From positions 1,550,001 to 1,577,656 of the forward strand of contig CP120453.1 of NCBI GenBank assembly GCA_034226945.1: a DNA stretch of 27,656 nt, read 5' to 3'. Shown piece after piece: positions 11,898 to 21,759 of the stretch. Source of the stretch: Picochlorum sp. SENEW3. Its lineage: Eukaryota. The notes beneath the pieces were generated by a model. It worked only from the letters and a program-made list of their open reading frames with translations, searched no databases and had not been told where the DNA came from. Numbering within the stretch: the first letter of the stretch is position 1; the number at the start of each line of letters is the position of its first letter. Position numbers and translations under genes: made by a program.

Positions 11898-13901
11898 ATG
11901 AGAGGACGTGTCTTTGGTGCTGGTCGAAGCCTTCTGTGGTCGCTGTCCTTTGAAAAGCAGAGGGACGTTGTGCTGAGCCGATGCACATTTTCGTCCTACA
12001 CTTCAGCATCGAGCAGTGCAAGTGAGAAGAAATGGGCTTCTTGGTCTTTGGGAGCCCTCTGTGCAGGCCTGGGAACATTTGTATGGGGAGCCTCTGGCAA
12101 ATCCGAGTGTGCCATTCCCATTGGAGAGAATGGTGCAACAGCGCCGGCGGTGCAAGTCGATGGCTGTGATACATTCGATCACGTCATTCTTGGAGGAGGG
12201 ACCGCTGGATGTGTGATTGCATATTTGCTGGGGAAATGGGTGGATGATCAAAAGATCAATGCCAATGTTCTTCTGGTGGATGGTGGACCTGGATTTGAGA
12301 AGGCAAACCCGGATCTGCTGGCGTGGTATGATATGTGGGGTGAGTTTGGAAAAGTGCACGAATCCCAATATGCGGGAGATGGCACCAATAGGACATCGGT
12401 GTACCCAATCACCCCATCGGACCACAGGGGACTCGGAGGCTGTGGAGCGCATGATACCAGGATTTACTACTTGCCGAGCGAGAAGGAGCAGCACGAATAT
12501 GCCAAGACATTTGGTTGGAGCCTCGGTGAGCTGAGGGAATACATGCAGACCGCAATGAATCTGGAGCCAGCCATCAAGGCATGCCCCCATGGTGAGGACT
12601 ACTTTGATCTGGTGATCAAGGAGCTCTCGGAAAGGTCTGGGCTGAAGAGGCTTCCCGATGACAGATTTTATGGCAATGTAGTTGCAGACTCTGTAGCATA
12701 TTTCGATGTTGGCGGGTATGCACTATCCAACACTCGGGGAATCAGATGGTCGCCAGCAATGTTGGTCAATAGCGCAGATGATTCGATCCGACCTAAATCC
12801 CTCAAAGTGCTGACAGGAGCAGAGATTGAAGCAATTGATTTTCGAAAGGGAGATCCGACAGTGGTCGAGGGTGTGAGGACCAAGGTTGATGGGGAACCCA
12901 AGCACATTCGTCTTGCTGATAAGGGAAGCGTCACCCTCTGTGCTGGTTCGATAGGGAACTCTGCAATCTTGCAAAGATCGGGAGTGGGAGATCCGCAGAC
13001 TTTGAGGCAAGTGGGGATCGAGCCGGTCTTACCGCATCCCGAAGTGGGCCATGGGGTTGATCACGAAGAGATTGCAGTTCAGTATGCACCTCCCGCCAAG
13101 TGGCCTGGTGGCACCATGCCTGCTGGTGGTGTCATGGGCTGGGCACTGGGTATTTTTAAAAGTCTACCGGGACTCGAACAAATTATGCAAGCGCATTTCA
13201 GCATCGCTGGACCTCCGTATGACGATGAGGTGACTGTTGTTGGAACGCCCAACAATACCAAGCCAGACCAACACAAAGGATACAGAGTACAGATCCAATC
13301 ACCATCTTCTGATGAGGCAGCAGTTCTCAAATACGAATACAGTTCACATGAGCGAGAGGTATTCCTCAAGGGGCTCCGAGAAATGGTCGGGATGTTTGAG
13401 AAACTGAAGGAGGCAGGCTTGGTGGGCGAACGGGTAGCTCCACCGCGTGATATTGACTTGGACGACGACAATGCTCTATGGTCATGGATCCATGATAACA
13501 AGCACACGGCGTACCATTGGCTTGGGACGTGCAAGGCGGGTCTCAGGGGAAAAGTCACACCAGGCTCTGTAGTAGATGAGACCTTTCGCCTCAGGACAGG
13601 AACTGACCAAGAAAAAGTTGTTGATAATCTGTTCCTGTCGTCTGCCGCCGTACTACCCTTTCCACCGACGGCAAACCCCCATATAACGATCCAGTCGTTC
13701 GCTGTGGCGGAGGCCTGGCAAGCATTCCAGCACATGGCAAAGATTCGTGGAATTCACGCACAGTTGCCACAAGAGCTGCAGACCGCCAGGTCGCAATTGA
13801 AAAGTGATAAAGGACAGCTCCGGGTACGGGGACCTGGAGAAGAGAAGCCTAACATTGGCCAGGTGGCCAAGAGATATTTTGATATGCATCAGCAGCAGTA
13901 A
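11898..13901 (+). CDS. GMC-family flavoprotein oxidoreductase, choline-oxidase-like, with mitochondrial-type presequence and hydrophobic segment; intronless
   Basis: ILGGGTAG dinucleotide fold, GLGGCGAHD, LCAGSIGNSAILQRSGVG, VDHEE, TAYHWLGTC, ANPHIT. Confidence 0.88.
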   Translation: MRGRVFGAGRSLLWSLSFEKQRDVVLSRCTFSSYTSASSSASEKKWASWSLGALCAGLGTFVWGASGKSECAIPIGENGATAPAVQVDGCDTFDHVILGGGTAGCVIAYLLGKWVDDQKINANVLLVDGGPGFEKANPDLLAWYDMWGEFGKVHESQYAGDGTNRTSVYPITPSDHRGLGGCGAHDTRIYYLPSEKEQHEYAKTFGWSLGELREYMQTAMNLEPAIKACPHGEDYFDLVIKELSERSGLKRLPDDRFYGNVVADSVAYFDVGGYALSNTRGIRWSPAMLVNSADDSIRPKSLKVLTGAEIEAIDFRKGDPTVVEGVRTKVDGEPKHIRLADKGSVTLCAGSIGNSAILQRSGVGDPQTLRQVGIEPVLPHPEVGHGVDHEEIAVQYAPPAKWPGGTMPAGGVMGWALGIFKSLPGLEQIMQAHFSIAGPPYDDEVTVVGTPNNTKPDQHKGYRVQIQSPSSDEAAVLKYEYSSHEREVFLKGLREMVGMFEKLKEAGLVGERVAPPRDIDLDDDNALWSWIHDNKHTAYHWLGTCKAGLRGKVTPGSVVDETFRLRTGTDQEKVVDNLFLSSAAVLPFPPTANPHITIQSFAVAEAWQAFQHMAKIRGIHAQLPQELQTARSQLKSDKGQLRVRGPGEEKPNIGQVAKRYFDMHQQQ

Positions 13902-13981
13902 GTGCACCTTGAACAATTAAGCATGTCTTCTTTTTGCATTTCAGAGGATGTACAATGCAATTCATTCATTCATTTTTTGTG

Positions 13982-13986
13982 TGTAA
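13982..13986 (+). promoter_or_regulatory. Candidate TGTAA chlorophyte polyadenylation signal of the GMC gene
   Basis: TGTAA 80 nt after the stop codon; UGUAA is the established green-algal poly(A) signal. Confidence 0.45.
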
Positions 13987-14019
13987 CTAAAATGATGACA
14001 TTTTAGTTTCATACTCTGG

Positions 14020-15310
14020 TTATGAGGTCACATCTCGTTGCCAGAAAGCACGCTCACATTTATTTTTCCCACAACGGCGTACTTTTCAGCGCTTGTGAAG
14101 CCCCATGCCAATTGGGGGAGTTTCCAATTTGGCATGGCAGCCTCAGCAGTACTGGCCACTTGGGAATTCATCAATCTCAAATCTATGAATCCCTCCAAGA
14201 TCCGAAAATCCCATTGCTCTATCCAGTTATCTATGATGTATCCCTGCAGGATGAATCAAGCAGTGCTGAGATCCAACTTGAGCTTCACTTCAGAGAAGTT
14301 TGTGTGCATTATATCCAGAAGAGTCTTATCAACAAGTGATTCTGGCTTGACAGTATTTTAAATATTGAAAACGATGCGAAATCGCTTGCTTGGATAGAAT
14401 CAGGATCAGCTTCGACCTCAGGTAAGGTGACTAGATTCCATTGTATTAGGAATGAAACAACACCACTGCCGAAGCAGGTCCTTGAGGGCTCGAAAGCAGA
14501 TCCTTTCTGTACCGTGTTTTCCTGAATCAATCAAGGCGTTCCCAAACACAACTACAGTCCTGCTCTGAGTCTCCCTGTTCTTTGTCACACAGATCCGTTC
14601 AACCATGGAGTCCAGCATTCGTTGCGTCTTTGTGTACACAGAGAACCTTTGCCTTCGGAAACAGTTCTGGGAAAAAAGGCATAAACTGTTTTCAGGTGGC
14701 TATTATTCTCCTTACATAATGCAAGCACATCTACTGCTGTTCTGACTTTTCTGGTGGGTGCCTCCTGTTTCCATGCACCTGTGCCTGACCTGCTCTGCGT
14801 CCATACCTGTTCCAATGCCTTTCGCTTGAGGACGCCCGCACGTGATCGCATCTCGTGGTTGCTCAAGCTCACCGTCCCGAAAGGTTTGTAGTCTCCATGT
14901 CGCTTGTCCTCCTCACAAAGTATCCTCATTTTGCCCTGATCCAGCTTGATGCCCACAGATGATGACTAGAGGGGGCCTGGATCAAAAACCCATGCGTTGT
15001 CAGGCGATTTGGCCAGCAGTTCTTTTGCTCTGTCCAGGTTCCCTCGACTGGGAGTATTCAGGGACTTTTGTGTACGTGTTCCTGCTTTATTTGTTGGTTT
15101 TCGTTTTCTCGTTTTTTCCTTTGAAGACTCATTCTCCTTCTGTGCCTCCTTGTCTTTTCTCCTTTCCTTTTTTTCCTCCTCATCGGCTTCAATTTCTGCG
15201 TCCGTCTTCAGATGATAATATTGCAGCGACACGTCAACACCGTCAGTGGACAGTTGATCTCCAAACAGCCACTGGTGTCCATCTTGGCACTTCCTGACTT
15301 TGATATAAAC
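14020..15310 (-). pseudogene. Fanzor1 (TnpB-related RNA-guided RuvC endonuclease) pseudogene, N-terminally truncated
   Basis: Reconstructed order: FGDQLSTDGVDVS (TDG 15247-15239); WVFDPG (RuvC-I D 14983-14981); FRRQRFSVYTKTQRMLDSMV; VVVFGNA...G; EIDEF (RuvC-II E 14169-14167); C*GC...CGKNKC (Cys 14148, 14139, 14073, 14058); FWQRDV (RuvC-III D 14034-14032). Lesions: stops at 14968, 14145, 14088, 14022; frameshift at the A6 run 14672-14677; ~272-bp insertion. Confidence 0.88.
14179..14450. other. ~272-bp insertion of unknown origin interrupting the Fanzor gene just before RuvC-II
   Basis: Removing it fuses LLRQWCCFI to EIDEF in frame; boundaries uncertain by a few bases. Confidence 0.6.
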
Positions 15311-15512
15311 CCTTGCCCTTTGTATGGTCAGTCGGGAGTCATTGGGCAGGCGCCTGCTACCGGGGAACTGACCATGACTTTGCTGCGTGGAATGCTGACA
15401 TTAAATGAGATTTTTATTAGAAATTGAATTCCAAAGGTGGTGGACATTGTATAGCGTTGTCAATCTAACCCGATCGATGTAGTTGTTCTGTTGCAAACAG
15501 ACCCTGTCCATC

Positions 15513-16200
15513 ATGCCTCGTTGCACAAACTGCGGTCGACAACGTGAAAAAAATAAAACCAGGTTTTACAAAGGCCGCCGAGTATGCCATCAGTGTATGA
15601 GCTCTCTTTTGCGGAGTGAAGGTTGGGCTCTATCACCAACCCTTGCGGGGCGAGGCAACAAGGGTGGAAAGCAGAGTGGTGACAATGGTGATCATGGTGG
15701 TGATGAAAATTCCAAAGACAGAGTCCCCTCGATCGCTGATGGTGCTGACGGTGACACCTCGAGTGAGGGTGTCACCCTGGACTCTGTCGAATTACCTCCT
15801 TCTATGTGGGATGGTGGCCGTGCGATCCAGTGGCTAGAAGCATACAAACGAGAGCTAACAATCCAGCAGCAGGAGAACCAACAATATGAGATGCTGTAGA
15901 CAACTGTTTACACTGTCTCAAGAGGGATGAACACCGCGTACGAGTCTTGGAAAATACTGTGGTGGCGATCCGGCCCATACATGTAACTGCATTTTGTCTG
16001 CAGGGATGAAAATGCCACGACAGCGGGCCGTTCACATCTGCTGCGACTGGACAGTACTTGAAGTGGCGGTCACACATCTCACATGCGCATGACATTGACA
16101 GATGAGCGGATACAGCCACCCATGAATGCATGCCGGAATGGCTCCTTCCGCTTTTGGTCCATTGGGATCTTCCAAATATTTTGGTGGATTAGAAGGCAGT
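15513..16200 (+). pseudogene. Degraded Cys-rich gene, possibly the N-terminal/CxC part of a KDZ (Kyakuja-Dileera-Zisupton) transposase
   Basis: N-terminal CTNC-x17-CHQC and an acidic linker; in another frame from ~15976, HTCNC...RQRAVHICCDWTVLEVAVTHLTC...HP*MHAGMAPSAF with several stops. Confidence 0.35.
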
Positions 16201-19042
16201 CGGGAGGCCCCTGCGGCAGTAGTGATACTGAGAAGTTGTTCAGTTTGTCAGAGGAATCCTGGCAACTTCCCCTACCCTATATACCCCAAGCCATCATCTG
16301 TCCAACAGAACCAGGACGGTGGCCATCAGGTTCTTTGATGCATATTGTCTGAGCATTGGCGTATTCCGTGGCATATTTGGAGAATATGGCATGGATTTGT
16401 CGAAAACAAAAGATTCATGGATCGGAACATGAGATTCTCTGTAATTGAACACAATAAAAAATTGTTACCTTTCAGATTTAACGACAATTTTAAGGAGGAG
16501 TTGAGTCAAAGTGAGTGAGTGACTTATTCTACTATCCAACGGGTCGACGGACCGGACCACTGTGCATATCCGTGGTGGTGCCAAAAATCTCCACGCTGGT
16601 GTCACTTTTTTGTGCAGAACTGTCCACTTTTGTCGCGTGGTCGCCTTTTTTTATTGTGTCTTTTTACGGACGGAGAAGTAGTACTAGGCGTGATGTCTCC
16701 GGTCGAGTCGATGATAGGAGCGGACAGTTCAGTTTTAGTGACCGTGGTTCTACTAGCGAGCTCAAATAGCAAGCAAGCTCTCTTTTCCTCTGCCCCATAT
16801 ATTGTTGCCGGGCAGCACTATTACTCCTCCTCTGTGTACATATCGCTGTTACATGGTTTATGTGTCCACAGTTTTGCGAGCCGACGACAGATACTCCTCT
16901 CCTCTCAACACGCAAGCGTGGCATTCGTACCAACACAGACACACAACCATTCGCTTTCCTTGAGGTTTGGAGTAGTCTGCCGTCTCCTTGATTTGATTCA
17001 TCTATATTGTGAAATAACAATCAACGATCGAATCATACAGAAACCCACCATAAGAAGGTCCTGGACGTCGGGGCATGTTGCCAAGGCGTTCCACTGGAAC
17101 GATCGGGGACAGGTATCTCTCTGTGGACGTGGCCATCGATGGGTAGCATTCTTGATTTATAGTATAAATCTATGAATACTAGTAATCGTTCTTCTTGCCC
17201 CTGGGGAGCGACCCTCTCTCCAGGCCTCCTTGGCCCAACAGCTGTGACGCGAGAGGATTTCACGATGTAGGACATTCGACACGGTGTCCACAGGAATACA
17301 CCATCTGCGGCACGTATAATGTCATATTTGATTAGAAGTCATATATTTAATGCCAAATAATCTGTTTTCTTCTCTCTCTCTCGACCGAGGGTGTGGGACC
17401 ACCTCGGTCGTTGCAATGCCCAGGGCTCGTGGCTGTGGGTCGGGCTGGCATAGCCAAGGCCTTTTCAACCACCCTGAATGTTGAAATACAACAGAATAGG
17501 TTTTGTAGGCGTATGAATGAATACGTTATCCGCCTCGCATGATTTGTCGTGGTGGTGGATTCTGACGGCAGAATTCTCTCTCCTCATCCGTCTGTCTGGA
17601 AGATTATTTATCGGTCCGACAGGACACTGGACCGGCTCAATACACGTTCGCTATGGGCTGTTTCCCCTTTCTCTCCCTAAATGACCACAATAAAAAAACA
17701 GGACCTTGAGAATCGAACCCAGTCCGCAGTCATATTTTTTTATTCATTATTTTACGGAATGCAAAACGTCTTGTGCGTAGCATCTTCGGTGCAACCGATC
17801 GGTAGACCGGACTATGGTGCAAATCCATGGGCCTTGTGTAGGCACTCTCCCCTCCTCTCCTCCTCTCGAGAGGTGTATCACTTCTTTTTCTCGCACTCTG
17901 TTTCAGTGGTCGCCCTCCTTGTTTCCTTTATTGTCACTGGTTACAGACGGACACGAGCTGTAGGCATGGTGCACACGGAAGAATGTCTGGTTCGTGTTGG
18001 ACACAAAGCAGAAGAAGCCAGTCACCTCGTTCTAGATGGCATTCTGACAAATTCACACCAACTCTCCCAGCATTCAATGCTCGTCATTCATTTTGTTGTC
18101 TATCTTTTTGTACGAGGATCTACGACGTGGTGGTATTGTTTCCGTAAAGCCAGGCGCGTTTTTTCTCTTGCTGTTGCTGTGTCGTGCAAAATTCCAAACA
18201 CATGATGTGCATGTTTGCTTGTGCGTCTCCACAAGCAAGGGGGGATGCTGGACGACCCCCTCAATTACCTGTATCAGCGTCTGGTCCACTGTTTTGATAT
18301 CTCATGATATAACAATAGAGGACACTGGACTGCGATGGATGGGGCCGATTCCGACACGTTGCTGTCGTTGGCTTGTTGTTGGTGTGATTGTGGTCTGTCG
18401 ATTCTCACAGGCAGATGAGAGACACAGCGCCAGTCCCTTCCAAGAACACACACTCTCTCTCTATGTTTTATCCTTCTTCTATTGAGTGTTGGACTGCTCT
18501 ATCTTCTGGTAGTAGTAGTGGTGGTGGTGGTGGTGGACCCTATATATATTCACACGTTGTCCTACTTACCATACGATAGAATAGTTCGATTAGAACACAT
18601 TTTTTGATCATTCGTGTTATTCTTTTATCTTCTGAATCCACCAATCAGTGTGTGTGTGGAGATATGAATGGAGCTGTTTCGCTGTTTTGCTTGTTGAGTC
18701 TGTGGATAGCGGGTGAGCACACATTGTGTGCTATTGCTACTCCTGTCTTTGTTGTTTCTACATCTGGAGCAGCAATGGCAGTGATTATTGTTCTTTGTTT
18801 TTAGTAGTAGTAGTAGTAGTACTAAACCAATAGTAATACAACTATTACTATTGGTTGTAGAAAAGAAGACGAACAAAAGGTGTAGCTCTTCAAAGGTCTT
18901 TTTTATCCTTCTCCACAGGGAGGGTAGATAGACTGAAGGCATCGGTCCGACGGCGTTTCGGACCGGTGAGGTCGGCCTTTTTTTTCTTTTTTCGGGCGTG
19001 TCCGTCCGTAAATGAGGACAATAAAAATGTATGACCACGACA

Positions 19043-19260
19043 AAGTAACCTGCAAGTATCCAGCAAGTAACCGGCAAGTAACCGGCAAGTAACCGACAAG
19101 TAACCTGCAAGTAACCGGCAAGTATCCGGCAAGTAACCGGCAAGTAACCGACAAGTAACCGGCAAGTAACCGGCAAGTAACCGGCAAGTATCCGGCAAGT
19201 AACCGGCAAGTAACCGGCAAGTAACCAGCAAGTAACCAGCAAGTAACCAGCAAATAACCT
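19043..19260 (+). repeat. 11-bp minisatellite (AAGTAACCGGC), ~20 copies
   Basis: 19 full units plus one partial; variants AAGTATCCGGC, AAGTAACCGAC, AAGTAACCAGC, AAGTAACCTGC. Confidence 0.97.
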
Positions 19261-19687
19261 TTTGGTCGGGTTTTTTTATTGTACTCTATTCCGGAAGGCA
19301 ATCTGGCGACAGGAAGACTTTCCGGTCGCCCACAGGACACGACCACATAAAACCGCCTCAACAACAGATAGCAGCCATCAGCGCAAGATGAGAGCCTTGC
19401 GCTCCCTGTGGGACATGTATGATGTGGGATTTGCGGGGCTACTATATATACTAATAATTCATCCAAGAAGCCAGTAAGATCATTTGTCACACATTCAGGA
19501 AGACCAACCCACGCGAGGAGTGTGCTCACGCATTCGAGACAACGACGCGAATCTCCCTCAAACATACAGTCACGTCGACTTTGGATTTGTCTGCTTTCGT
19601 GACTTGTATTCAACACTGTGTTAGAACACAGTCATCAGAAGAAAGAGGCCTCAACATCGCGGCTCCGGAATGGTTGTGACTGTCATT

Positions 19688-21700
19688 GTTGTCATGACAT
19701 TCCCGTGGAACGGTTGTTGTTGTTGGAACCCTGTTGTGCTCCGTGGTGGTCGGCCATTCGCTCTTATGACTAATAAATAATTTTAAACCAACAATGACGC
19801 TCCCCTATGCCCACAAAGGAACGATTCTGGGCGTCTTCGTCCCAACCGTCGCGACGCGATCGGAGTGGACCAACGTCGGTTGGTGAGGTCCATTCGACTC
19901 GGCGCCGATGTAAATAGCCCTTAATAATGTTATATTTGTCCAATCATCCAATACCAACAACCAATACTGCTATGCACTGCAGGTGAGTGGTGGCAAGGGT
20001 ATGGGATCACCGAGGCCACATGATGCGTCGTGTGCAAGAAGGTGGCTGAGTGCGTTTTCTGTTCAGGGCCACATCTGCGGTGCTGCTACCAAGTGTTCTA
20101 TGTATCCAAAGAAACTATGGAAGGTGCCAAATGGTCCATTTACACAGCAGGGACAATGGATGAGGTCGGGCTTCTAATTTTTTCCAGGCGTGTCCGTCGG
20201 ACGCGTCCGTCAATGAGGACAATAAAAAAGGATGACCATCAAAACCACACGCTTTAACCGCTCGGCCACACTCAGCGTGCTTTTTTTTCATCTCCCATCA
20301 CAACGGAGTTTTGACCGGTGGTGGTAGTTTCTTTTCGATGTTGGTTTCCCTTCTCCGATGGAAGACCCCTTCTGATGGGAGCGCCTGGATATGTGGAGCA
20401 CACAGCAGTCAGGAGGAGAGCTGATGAGCAGTCTTTCTTTGCTGTAAAAACACGACGAGATCTTCCCCATTCAAAGACGCTGCGCAGTTCTATACTACTA
20501 TTACTATCCTAATTGCAACTCATGAAGTCTATGTAAGTAAGTAAGTACGCGTGCCTCGCATGATGATGATACTGAGAGATGCTCCAGCATTGCAGCTGCT
20601 GCAATGTTCCTCTGGTGCTTATCTCAGCTTGCTTGTTGTTGTTGTTGTGAAGACGACGATTTCTTTTCATTTTATTCTTGTTTCATGTCTTCTATTTATT
20701 CTTTTTATATTTACTACTACTATTATACCTCTCTCTATCTCATATGTTGTCTGTGTAGGGTAGCTCCTTGTTCTTCTTCTTGTGTGCATGAGACTTGTGT
20801 GCTTTGTTCTGTTCTGTTATTATTGGTTGTTATCGTTGCTCGTGTCGATTGTTGTGCATGTTATTATCATTATTACTACTACTACTATTATGAGATATCT
20901 ACTTTCTCCTTTTGATTGCTTTGCTTCTTTGTTGGTGTGTTGTCTCATGTTCTGTAGCAGCAGCAGCAGTAGTAACAGTAATAGTAGTAGTAGTAGTGGT
21001 GGTGTATGCTGGATGGTTGTTGATTTATTGTATTCTTATTGTTGTTGTTGTGTAGGGTGGCTGTTTTCTACACCCTTGCTTGGTTTGGTTGGAATGTTTT
21101 TGGTGGTGGTCCCAGTCAAGTCAAGGGGTGATGGGAAGATCGCCATTCTTGTTGTTCCGAGCTGCTCCCTCTTCTTCAGACATGTGGCAGCAGACCACTG
21201 TTTGTTTTGCACTGGGTGTGCGACGCTTTTTTTTAATGATGGGTGTTTATTATTATTATTATTATTGGTATTCTTCTTACTTACTTACTTACTTAATATT
21301 GTGTCCTTCTGTTGATGCTGCTGTTGCTGTTGTGAAGAAGAAGACAGAGATTCTTTTCATTCATGCATAGCATAGCATAGTATAGATTGTTGTTGTGTCA
21401 TTATGATTATTATGAGATTTTCATCTTTTGATTTTGGTTTTGCTTTGCTTCTTTTGTGTTGGTTGCTGTTGTTGTTGTCTTCTCTTGTTGTAGTAGTAGT
21501 AGGAGTAGGAGGAGGAGGAGGAGGAGCAGTAGTAGTAGCAGAGCTTGTGGTGTGCCGTGTCTTTTGTTGTTGTTGTTGTCGTTGTATATATAGTATAGGT
21601 GGTTATTATACTACTACTTATTCTTCTTGATATTGTATTGTATATTCTGGTTCTTTTGGTGTTGTTTTTGGATGTTTTTTTGGTTGGTGTGTTTTTTTGG
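19688..21700 (+). repeat. Segmental repeat unit, copy 1 (complex head plus GT-rich simple-repeat tail)
   Basis: Colinear similarity to 25783-27375 from GTCATGACATTCCCGTGG through TTTTTTGGTTGGTGTGTTTTTTTGGT. Confidence 0.85.
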
Positions 21701-21759
21701 TAAAGGGGGGTCCATAACCTCAAACTTTTGGTTTCAGCCATAACTGGTGATCTTTGGTA

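Noticed and set aside
14020..15400. Functional Fanzor through splicing or readthrough
   Set aside because: Four stops of different types, a frameshift, an insertion without a convincing donor site and a missing N-terminus indicate a pseudogene.
15513..15600. GATA zinc finger
   Set aside because: C-x2-C-x17-C-x2-C spacing matches, but the TPxWR and LCNACG signatures are missing.
17660..17780. Complete tRNA gene
   Set aside because: Only a T-arm-like piece; no acceptor pairing, D arm or anticodon arm.
18625..19616. ORFs with LLAGYLPVTCR repeats
   Set aside because: Artefact of the stop-free 11-bp minisatellite read in all three minus frames.
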